Source: Lama guanicoe (lineage: Eukaryota). Taken from it: DNA of 64,000 nucleotides. The stretch's first letter is position 1, and every line of letters begins with the position of its first letter. The DNA lies in assembly GCA_013239625.1 (NCBI GenBank), contig MU053431.1, positions 2,570,485 to 2,634,484 of the forward strand, read 5' to 3'. The notes beneath the pieces were generated by a model. The model had not been told where the DNA came from. It searched no databases and saw nothing but the letters and a program-made list of their open reading frames with translations. Below are positions 29,150-51,400 of this stretch, piece after piece. The position numbers were made by a program, and so were the translations under genes.

Positions 29150-29900
29150 CCTTCCTGGCCCTGGTTTAGGGGGACCGAGGGCGTGGCCGAGTGGCGCTTG
29201 TGGACGATTGCGAACGTCCGCCCCGCGCCCCCTGCCCTCCCGTGGCCTAGGCTCCTGGTTGCGGTCGCGTTCGCCCGCTGCCGGCAGGTCCTCTGTGCAC
29301 GCCGGCCCGGCCCGGCCCCGGCCCCGCAGGCGTCCGGGCGCGCAGGGCGTGGCCACGAGGAGGGGCGGGGCTGTCGTGAGAGCGTGGACGGCGGCGGCTG
29401 ACGAGCCCACCCCCATCCGGCGGCCCTGGCGGAGGTGGTTAGCGTCCAGGTGGACCAGCGGGGTCAGGTGAGCGCGAGGCCGCGCCGGGTGGGCTCCCCG
29501 CCCGCAGCGGGACCAAGCAGCCCGGGGCCTGTCCCAGCGGGGAGCGGTCCCGGGGCCGCGGGGCTCCAACGACGCCTGAGCGGACCCCGCGGGAAACCGC
29601 GTCCGGCCCCGCCCCGCCCCGCGTCAGCGCCGGAAGCGTCAGGAGCGCTTTATTCCAGAAGCTGGAGGGGCGGGGGCAGGCGTCCGGAGTCTTGCTCGGG
29701 GAAACCCGGCAGCGCCTCGGTGAGACGGCGCGGTGGGGAGAGCGGGCCGGACGGGGAACCGGGAAGCCCCGGCCCGCGAGGGTGAGCTCGGCGTCACCTC
29801 CCTGCGCGCGAAGCAGCGTCTCCCCGGGCGGCCCAGCCGGCGAGTGCTCGGACCCTCCGCCGGTCGGGCTCGGGGCCCCTAAGACTCCGGGCTGTCTTGT
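29150..29900. promoter_or_regulatory. Orphan CpG island between the DNAJC5 and UCKL1 3' ends
   Basis: Very high CpG density, GC boxes (GGGGCGGGG ~29362; GCCCCGCCCCGCCCC ~29606-29620) and an ETS-type CCGGAAG ~29629-29635. No recognisable coding exon. Confidence 0.7.
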
Positions 29901-30878
29901 CCTGGTGGGAGGGACCCGTCGCTGTGGGGCGGCCCCTGTCCCCAGCCCACCCGGCCACCTACCCACTCCAAGTCCCAGGCACTAGGCCCTCTGCCTGCCT
30001 CAGGGAGACCCTCTGCTTGGCACCTCATTTTGGCTGCCGATTTCCTAGGCCTCCAGGAGTCCCAGAGGCAGTACCCGCCGGCGCCCCAGACCACGGCTCC
30101 CTCCACCGCTCTCCGCTTGCCCCAGCCCCCAGCGCGGCCCCTTTCTGTCCAGGTGTGAGGTGGCCCAGCGGGCCTGGTCCGGGTCACGCTTGCCTGGGCT
30201 CTGCTTGTGCAGGGCCTGGGGGGCGCGCGGTAGCAGTTGAGGGGGAGTCGGAGCCAGTCCCAGCACCCGCCCCCCGACACATGATGTGGGGGTGGTTCTA
30301 GGCCCCCTTAGCTGGAATCCGGTTGGTGACCAGATACGCCGAAGGCCCAGCCATCACCAGGCGCCCCAGCGGATGTGTCACTGCTGAAGTCGCCGTTGCT
30401 CCCAACCCGGTCCCTCCTCGGGGCCCCTCCTGTGGTCACAGACCTAGAACCCCGAGAAGCCCGTCTGACCTAAGCAGGGCTACAATCCATCTGCTGCCCC
30501 CTGCTCTGTTGCTTCACACCTCTGAATCCGCTGCCCCTCCCCTCCTGCTGCCTCCACACCCTCAGCTTGACCTGGGAGAGCCTGAACCGCTCCAGCCTGT
30601 TGCATGGTCCGTGGCTGCCTCCTGCCCCAGGCCTGGCCCAGGGACCTGTGTGGTCACCCTTTTCCCGGGACTCACCCTGGAGTGCTTCGGGCTGCATTGG
30701 CTGGGGCCCAAAAACACAGGGTCTTGCAGGTGCTTCCTGACCCCAGGTGGCCCAGCGAGGCACCGTGACAGGCAGGGCAGGGCAGAGTCCTTCCTCAGGC
30801 CACACCAACCTCCAGCCCTACTGCTGACCTGCTTAAGTACCTGTGACAGTTGCCCCATGGCAGCTGCTGCTGGAAAAG

Positions 30879-30960
30879 GGGCAGCACCTCGTGGGCTGAC
30901 GAACCCGAGATTGACCCCGACACACCATTCTCAGGTCGGACAGTCCTGGAGGCACTGCCC
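30879..30960 (-). ncRNA. MIR1388: pre-miRNA miR-1388 (5p 30947-30926; 3p 30911-30890)
   Basis: Minus strand GGGCAGTGCCTCC-AGGACTGTCCGACCTGAGAATG-GTGTGTCGGGGTCA-ATCTCGGGTTCGTCAGCCCACG-AGGTGCTGCCC folds into a long hairpin with a 12-bp basal stem. Arms match recalled miR-1388-5p (AGGACUGUCCAACCUGAGAAUG) and -3p (AUCUCAGGUUCGUCAGCCC...) with 1-2 differences. Apical UGUG and a CNNC (CAGC) 18 nt downstream of the 3p end are present. Confidence 0.88.
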
Positions 30961-32805
30961 TGGGGCAGCTGACCCATCAGCAGGCGTGTTCCTCCTTGAA
31001 AACCCTCAACCCTGAGTCACAGGAGCTTCCAGACAAGTGAGGGAGGGGCTTAGGTCTGCATCCCGTCCACTTGGGAGGCTCCCGGGAGGCCTCCAGGCCA
31101 CACCTCAGACTCGGACCCAAAGGAGCCCAGGTGCCCAAAGGGCCCAGGCGACCACACGGGGCCGCTGGTCCATTCCAGCCTTGGAGCAGTCTGCCAGAGG
31201 TTCCTGGGGGCGGGCTCATCTGTCCCTGGAGGGCACACCACTCGTCTTCTCAGACTGGAAGCCCCTGATGTCTCCAGCTGCCGTGTTCACCGCCGTTCCC
31301 AAGAAAGTCTTGGACCTTAGATCCTGGTCCTGTTTCTGGGCCTGGGAGGCTCCCTGGGATTGGTCGAATTGCCTCTCCTCCCGGTGGCACCCCAAAGATG
31401 CTCCCTCAGAGCTGTTTGGAAGGTGACCCACTTCCACCATCCCATGGGGTCCTGGCAGGAAATGGCCCAAGAACTCCCGTAAGCTGCGACCTCGTCTGAC
31501 GAGGGATCCCCAGCCTGAGGGGGCCCTGGGCCACCACTGACCCTCAAGAAGAGGGAGGAAGCTCTCTCCCCACCCTCCAGAGGCTGGTGGCTGAGTGGGG
31601 TGGGGGCAACTGGGCCCTCTCCTTCCGGGCCAGAGGGCCTCACGCTCACGCGCGTCCATGGGCATGTGCTGGGGGCTGTGGCACAAGCGTGTGCACGTGT
31701 GGGTTTGACTGATTCTCTGGGAGCCGGTCAGCCTCTAGCTGGACTCAGGGGGGCCCTCCCAGGAATGACCTAGCCCCTGCCGGCTCCTCATGAACTGTTT
31801 GCCCCATTTCTCACCTGGGAAGCTCGGACTGGACAGAATGGCATCGTCCCCACCTGAGCTGGCCCAGCCTACAGCAGGCTCCAGGCTCCAGGCACACACA
31901 CAAGAATGAATGAGTGAATGGGGGCCCTGGAGATGTGGGAGAGGCCTCTCCTCTCCACTCACCAGGTTGGAGAGGAGAGGTCCCTCCTGCTGACGTTGGC
32001 CAGTGTTGCTCCTCTGACCCTGGTGCCCGGCCACCTCATGGATAAGCTCCTGCCTTTATCCGCTGTCCTTGGCCTTGCCCCAACCCAGTGACTTCCTGTC
32101 CCCGCCCCCACGACACGACCAGCTTTTCCATGACATGGCCTTTGTGAGTTGGGGGAAAAGGAGACCAGTGGGGCAGGAAAGGGGCAAGAGCTGGGCTGCG
32201 AGGCGGAGGAGGGGGGAGATTGAGGGCATCTGCCAGCCCCACTGCAGCAGCCCAGAGTGCACACCTAGCCAGGCCCGCCGGGGCCCTTGCACTCGCGGGG
32301 TGCCCTTGCCCAGAGCAGTGATGGCAGGGCCGGACGTGGTTTCTGACCCTGAGCAGTGTGGCTGGCTCACTCAGGCCCTGGCCAGCTCCCCTGCAACTAG
32401 GGTTCCTGCCGGGGGCCAAGACCAGTTCCTTACTCCCCCTACAGCCACCCATGCGCCGATTTCCGCCCCCACCCCCATGGGACAGACACGTGGTGGTGAG
32501 GAGGGGGAAGTGGCTGTGGAGGCTGCTGACATCTTTTGAGACCCGGAGCCCAAGGTCCAGGCTAGCTGGCCAGGAGCAGAGCCCGGAGCTGCAGGCCCTG
32601 AGCCTGGGCTGCAAGGAGTCAAATACAAGACCAGGAGCACCTGTCGTGCTGGGAGGAGGGCAGGGCCCAGCAGAGGCCAGGCTCCTCGATCCCTCCCTCC
32701 CCACGGTGGCCTCACAGCCCTAGCGGCCACTGCCAAAGCCCAGGTCCCAGGCAGGATAGCACTCCAGGGCCCCAGCCAACCCATCACAGCTTCACTTTCA
32801 ACAGT

Positions 32806-32811
32806 TTTATT
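32806..32811 (-). terminator. UCKL1: UCKL1 poly(A) signal AATAAA
   Basis: tttatt on + strand, ~135 nt after the stop codon, in an AT-rich 3'UTR. Confidence 0.8.
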
Positions 32812-32944
32812 TCACAAAATGTATAGACAAGCTACATTGGCAACACCTTTTTTAATTAAAATAAGTAATCTCTGCTCTGTAAGCTGCAGGAGGCAGGGGG
32901 TGGGTGGGTGGGTGGGGGTGGGGTGAGAAGGCTCCAACGGGGCA

Positions 32945-44859
<11,915 letters not shown>

Positions 44860-45088
44860 GAGCTCGGGGGCCTCTCCGCGGCCGGGGAGGGGCGGGGCGG
44901 GGCTCGGGGGCCGGCCGCGCAGGCTGCCGGGAGCTGTGGTTCATCGCTCCGCGCCGAGCGCTCGCCAGAGGGCCCCGCGGACTACAAGTCCCGGGAGGCC
45001 ACGCTACGGCCATGGGAGAAAGGACCCCCAACCCGCGCTTTACCACAAACTCAGCCGTACAAAACCCCTGGAAAAAAATCAATAAACA

Positions 45089-45094
45089 TTTATT
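45089..45094 (-). terminator. ZNF512B: ZNF512B poly(A) signal AATAAA (3'UTR ~48442-45070)
   Basis: tttatt on + strand at the end of AT-rich 3'UTR-like sequence, with a U-rich tract downstream on the minus strand. Confidence 0.7.
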
Positions 45095-47725
45095 TGATAC
45101 AGTCATTTTTAATACATACAGGTGATGGCCCACCCCCGCACCACTTGGGACCGAGGGGCGGGAACGAGGACCGAAGACAGATGGTCACTAGGCGGGCAGG
45201 GCCCGAGCTCACCGTCAAAACATCTTGCAAATAAACACTTTGTAGATAGAATATATATGTATATATATGGTTACAAGTGATAGCTGGAACCTCTCTTCGA
45301 AATGCACTTATTACGGAGAACTGGCATTAGAAAACCCAAAGTACAGGATGTGTGGCTGCCACGCTGGAGGTGCTGGCTGCCCCCAGGCCCTCAGGGTAGC
45401 TGCCTGGGGCCCTTCGAGGGGGTACACGAGAACAGGCCCCCTCCCCGAAGGCCAGGGTGCACCCATTCTTTCCCTTCCAAACAGAGAGACAGGAGGGGGG
45501 CGACCACTGCAAGGGCCACCAGTCACACCAGGGGACACTTGTCTGCCCTTGCACAAGCAGAAAAGTGCATCCTATTTGTGTGAAGTGTCGGTCTCTTGAG
45601 TCATCCCTTTCCTGTTCTCAGGGCAAGGGGGTGGGCTGGGCCAGAGGTAGATCTTCAGAAAGGGACCTGACATTGTGCCCTAGGCTTGGGTCGCAAGCAG
45701 AGTCCACGCCCACCTGGGGAGGGGGGTCTGCAACTCGGGTCCCTTTCGCTGAAGGTGTCAGTCAAGGGCAGGTGGCTACCCGGCTGCACTCCCACCAGTG
45801 TGGGAAGTGGGCAGATCCCACTGAGCCACCCAGGGCTCTGCCTCAGTGGGAGGAGGGCTCTGCACACCAGCATGCCACTGCCACCCACCAGCCAGAGCAG
45901 GGGGAGCAGGGAGGGGAAAAGGGAGGGAGAGTCCACTTTTGGCAGCAGTCCTCACGCCCACTTTAAAGACAAAGAAGAGGGTTAAAGTGCTCAACATTAA
46001 GTTACCCAAGATCCCACCTCTTCCCACACATCTCAGAGGGTTCCCGTGCCAGGGACCACAAGTGGACTTCAGGGGGTGACAATGAAACTCATCCCCCAGC
46101 CGAAACCAGCCCCTGCTCTCCAAGGGCCAACAAGTACCTGAGAGGCCAGGGTGGGTGGCTGTCCCTAGCAGAGGTGTTGAGGTCCAACCTTCTCCAGCCC
46201 TTGGTGACAAGGACGAAGTGCACGTGGGCCTCCTGCCAGCACCTGCTCCCCGGCCCCCAACAAGGCTGCTCCTGCAGTAGCTGCCCAACCCACCTCTACC
46301 TCCACCAGCTGCACACCAGTGACACCCAGGAACACAGGAAAGCAAGCCCTTCTGCCCCAAAACCCACGCCGCTTGCCTAAGCTTTGATGCTGGACCAAAC
46401 CTCCATCTGCCCAAGCCTCCACCCATGGATCTCATCAGGTGCCAGGGAGTCCACGTCTCTCCCCTCTCCACATATTAAGCCAGGACGGCCTTAGGTCAGA
46501 GCATTCTAACCAAAGGAAGAAGCCGGAGACAGGCAGCACGGCAACTCAGCCCTAGAGCCCTCCTGGAAACTGTCTTCCGAGTGCAGGGTGAAGAGAACTG
46601 AGCCCACACTGGAGCCCCTCCTCTCCAGGGGCTGGGGGCAGAGGGCTGCCCAGTCAGCACTGCCTCCCTGAGCAGGGGAGGGACCCCAGCCCAGCCCCCA
46701 GAACCACCGTCGGCACCAGGAAACCCTTAGCACCAAAATGTCAGATTGTTGTGAATTTTTGTATAAAAAACAGAATAAAAAAAAGGTTGTCACTTGTCAC
46801 AGCAACAAGACTGGCATCCACTACACCCAGGAGACACACGCACACGGGCAAATATCAAAATTCACATCATCCAGGATCGGCAAGGCCGAGCCCTCAGCCC
46901 ACCCCCACCCCCCAGGCTCCATTCAAATTCAGCGGCTCTGAGCATCCCCCGTCCCTGCAATGCCACATCGGAACGTGGGGCCCAGACAGGAGCCCAGAAA
47001 CCATGGGGCTGCTTCCTCAGGGTGCCTGGACTCCACCTGAACCAACCTGCAGACCTCACCATCCTTGGGGCAGCAGAGGGAGCCAGGACAGAGCCCTGGA
47101 GCTGCCACCACCCTGCTGTGACCTTGGCCAAGCTCCCTTGCCAGCCTTCAGCTCTCATTTCAAAAGGCCACACAACCAGAAACGAAAGAGCAGGTAAAAA
47201 GGGTGCAAGGAGGCGCCCACGGGAGCTTGGCCATGGGCCAACCCAGACCAGCAGGCAGAAGGCTGCTTCCCACAGTGGTCACTACTAAGAGCCAAGCCCC
47301 CATTCCCTGCCCCACATGGCTGTGGGCCCCACATGACTCCAGAACCCAGCCTGGCCTATCCCTAACCCGGCAGGCTGCCCAACCTAGGCCAACGGCATTA
47401 GCAATGCTGGAGGCTGAAACCAGAGATGGCTTCACGGGGGCTCCTCAGCACTGCTCCCACGGCCCTGCAGTGGGAGAAGCAGAGCTGCTCTCTTGCCCCA
47501 AGCAGGGAGCGCTACTGGGGATGGCAGAGCAGGGCTGCCTCCCACCACCGGGCCAGTGGGACAGGGGCCCGAGCTCAGCAAGGGTTGTACAGCAGGGGAG
47601 GGTGGGCCCAGAGAGGTAGAGAGAAGTGCAGGAACCAGAAGATGGCTGTGGGAATGGGGGGGGGTCATGGGAGGAGGGACCTTGGTGGGGGGTTGGGGGG
47701 TCAGGTAGGGCTGGATGGGGCGGGG

Positions 47726-48035
47726 CACAGTTGAGGTGGGAGGTGGAGAGTTGGGAGGGCTGTCAGATCAGCACGGCAGCTGTCAGACTTGGGATCTGTC
47801 CTGGGAGGTAGCTGTGGGGTGCTGGGGTTCCAGTGTCAGGTCGAGAAGTGAGGCAGCCCAGAACCACAGGGCACCAGGCACACAGATGAGGTGGGAGGTG
47901 GAGAGTTGGGAGGGCTGTCAGATCAGCACGGCAGCTGTCAGACTTGGGATCTGTCCTGGGAGGTAGCTGTGGGGTGCTGGGGTTCCAGTGTCAGGTCGAG
48001 AAGTGAGGCAGCCCAGAACCACAGGGCACCAGGCA
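47726..48035. repeat. 155-bp tandem duplication (47726-47880 / 47881-48035)
   Basis: The two copies are identical except one base (47731 t vs 47886 a). Confidence 0.95.
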
Positions 48036-48442
48036 CTCCCAAGCCTTGGGCCCAAGGAAGCAGGTAGGGCATGAAGCTCACACACCAAGGGCCAGAAGGC
48101 CATCTGCCCGCTCCACGCTGCCCCCAGGGCACTGAGACCCAGTCCACAGGCCCTCCTCCTGGCCATCCAGGACCAGACTCTGCCGGCTGGGAATGTCCCT
48201 GCAGACTACTGCACCGGGAGCCCCTGCCCGGCAGCCCTAGCCCAGCGTGCCCTGCAGTGGCCTATACAGGGGAAGGGCCACCTTTAGGGGAAGGGAATGG
48301 GCTGGCCGCCCCCACTGGACAGACGAATAGGCGGGGTGGGGGGGTGGAGACCTGGAGGATGGGAGGTTCCAGAGCCCCACCCTGGACACAGGGGCTTGGC
48401 CAGCGTGGGGACTGGGCCCCACCCACCTGCCAAGCTCCAGGC

Positions 48443-51400
48443 TCACTTCTCAGGGGCCTTGCTGGCTCCCACCTTCCGGCCAGCAGAGCCCCGGGACCCC
48501 TTGTCTCTGCCTCCTGGGGGCCAGTTGTCCTGGCGAGGAGGCGTCCTGGGTGCCAGCTCCTCAGGGGGCCGTTCCTTGGGCTTGCGGCCCCGCTTCTTCC
48601 CACCAGCCAGACTCTTCTCCTCCTTCTTGGGCACCGGAGAGTCCTGGCCTTTGTGTCTGGGAGGCGGGTCTGCCGAAGTCCGGAACCAGTTCTGGGAGAG
48701 AAGAGCAGTGATGGAGAGACTCTGTGGCCAAGGACACCGAAGGGCTGAGCGGCTGGGGACCCAGGGTCTGGGGCTCCCAAGCCTCTCAGCACCTCCAGGG
48801 AAGCCAGATGCCACTTGCTCAAAGACCACATGAGCTGCCACCCGGACACCCCTCACCCAGCCTGGCCCCTCCATGGGGCCAACTGGTCTAGCCACAGGCC
48901 CAGCAGGGCTCTCACGCCAGGACCCCGTCCCTGCCCCACCTCCGCGTGGGTCTTGAGGATGTGGTACTTGACGCCGCTCTCTGAGCCGAACTCCTTGGGA
49001 CACAGCAGGCAGCAGTACTTCCCCACCAGGTGGTCCCCCTGGAAGGCAAGGGGCAGTCTGGCCCCAGAGGTTGGCTCCCACCCCAGCCCTTGGAGGACCA
49101 GAAGTACCCAGATGCAGCCAGGACCCCCCACCCACCCCTTTGGCTACAGGGTCAGGGGCAACTGCAGCTTATCTGGACAGGTAGCCAATGGGTGGGCTTC
49201 AGGGACCCACAAAGCCACTCTGTGGCGGGGCCACCAAGTTTCCCTGATGCAGGGAAGGAGAGGGATGAGGAGAGGGTGGGGAGAGGCAGGTGTCCCAGGG
49301 AATGCCCTCACCCCAACCCCAGGTCGGTGTGCCCACCTGTCCCGGTACAGACAAGGAACCCCCATGGCGGGACAACAACCCAGGACTGACTGGCCAACAG
49401 CTAGGGCTCGGGGTGGTGCGGGTCCTGGGCTGGGTTGGCCATTAGCCCCACGGGGCAGGGCGCACACCCAAGGTGTGGGGACCCCAGGGGGAGCTGGGAG
49501 CACTGAGTACACATCGTGCCCAGGAGAGGGCCTGCGGACTGACCTTGCTGCAGCTGGCCAGATGGGCCTTGAGGCCAGACACACTGGAGTAGATAGCTTC
49601 GCAGCACTGGGGGCAAAGGGCAACCATCGGGGAGGGCCTTCCTGGAGGTACCCCCACACAAATGGACACTCCTTGCTCCAGCCTCTGGGACCTGGGGTCC
49701 CTCTGGGGCAAGTGGCGGGCTTGCCCCCAGGAGTCATGAGGTGTGGGCAGGCCAGGCTGTGAGGACTGAGGTCGAGGCCTCTCTGCCTGCTAGGTTCCAT
49801 CTGAGGCCCCTGTGGGGGCCACGTGGAGGGCTCCCCTCCAGGCCACATCTGGGCCCTCCATCCCAACTCCCAGTGTCCACAAGCCCACCCTAGCCTCCCC
49901 AGCTCACATCATTGGGGCAGTTGACATGGCCCTTCTCCTTGACCTCGTTCTTCCACACCTCCAGCAGCTGGGGGTTCAGCACAGGGAGGCCTGGCCGAGT
50001 GTAGTTGAGCTGCAGAAGCCAATGGGCACCAGAGTGAGTGCCAACCGACATGTCCAGCTGCTCTGAGAAAGTCCTCAGCTGGGTCCTCCATGGACCGGAG
50101 GCTTGCCGGGGGTGAGCAGACAGCCCAGTCACAGGGGGCTTCAGGCTGGGGCATGTCCTGCTCAGAGACCAGGAGGCTGTGGCTCACCCTCGCAGTCTCA
50201 GGCACCAGGTCATCCTTCATCCGCCGCTTGGTCCAGTCCCGGGCCAGCTCATCCTCTGCGATCTCCTGCAGGTGGAACACGGCAACCTGGGCCGACGTGC
50301 GGCGGATGCGGCCACTGGGGGTCCGCTCGACACCCAACAGGTCCTCAGCCTCGGAGGGCTTGTCCTCGGGCTCCTCAGGGGGCTGCAGGGTGAGGAGGCC
50401 AGGTGAGCCACAGGAGCCACGGGCATGGAGATGTGGGGACTGGGGGCACATGCCACAGAGAGGGAACACAGGAGCAAGCATGCTGGGGACACGGGGGCCC
50501 ATCCAGGCTCACTGCCCCGGTACAGGTGGCTGGCAGGAAGGGAAGGGACTGCAAACGCAGCAGGCAGCAGATGGACATGTCTGCCCGGTGCCCGAGGGAT
50601 GGGGGAGCCGGGCTGTGGCCGCTCACCGGGGCCGTGTGCTCCGAGCGCACGTGGTAGTCGTGGCCAGCCTTGGAGCGGTAGGTCTTGCCACAGTGGGCGC
50701 AGGGGAAGGAGGGGCTCTCCACCTCACAGGGCGGTTTCCCGCAGCGTCGCTGGTGGTACTGGTAGCCCATGAGGCTGGAGAAGGCGGCCCCGCAGCCCTA
50801 GGGTTCCGGGATCAGGTAAGTGGCCAGTGAGGGTCGGCCGCATCCTACACGGTGCCCACACCCGGGCTGCCCACTGACCTCCTGCGGACAGCGCAGCCGC
50901 CCCATCTGCTTCAGCACCTTCCGCAGCCGTTCCCGCTCCTCCTGCTCGCTCCCCTCTGAGGCCTCGGCATCCGAGGGCTAGGGGGCAGGCCCAGCCTCAG
51001 TGCCCCCAGCCCCCACAGGACCCCTGTCCCGGGGCTGGGGCACGGGCATCCCCGGTCAGGCATGGGAGCCACTAGGCCCTGCAGTGGTGTGCTGACGAGA
51101 GGTGAGTGGTCAGTGCTGGGCAGGTGGGTGGGTCGGAAACCAGCGGTCAGTGGGCGGGGCTGGAAGGCAGCTGGGCCCACTGGCGTACCTTGGCACTGTG
51201 CTCAGCCATGGTGTGGTAGTTGAGGCCAGCCTTGGACTTGAACTGCTTCCGGCAGTGCTGGCACTTAAGTGCATCCTGCAGCTGCAGCCAGGACCCACCT
51301 GTGAGAAGCTGGCCCTGGGGTGCCCCCTCCCAGCACCCCGAGGGCAGCCTTACCTTCTGACACACTTCCATGTGCTTCTTGAGCCCCACGAGGGTCTTTC

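Noticed and set aside
48815..49762. 315-aa plus-strand ORF
   Set aside because: Antisense to ZNF512B exons and introns, low-complexity G/P/R composition, no homology recognised.
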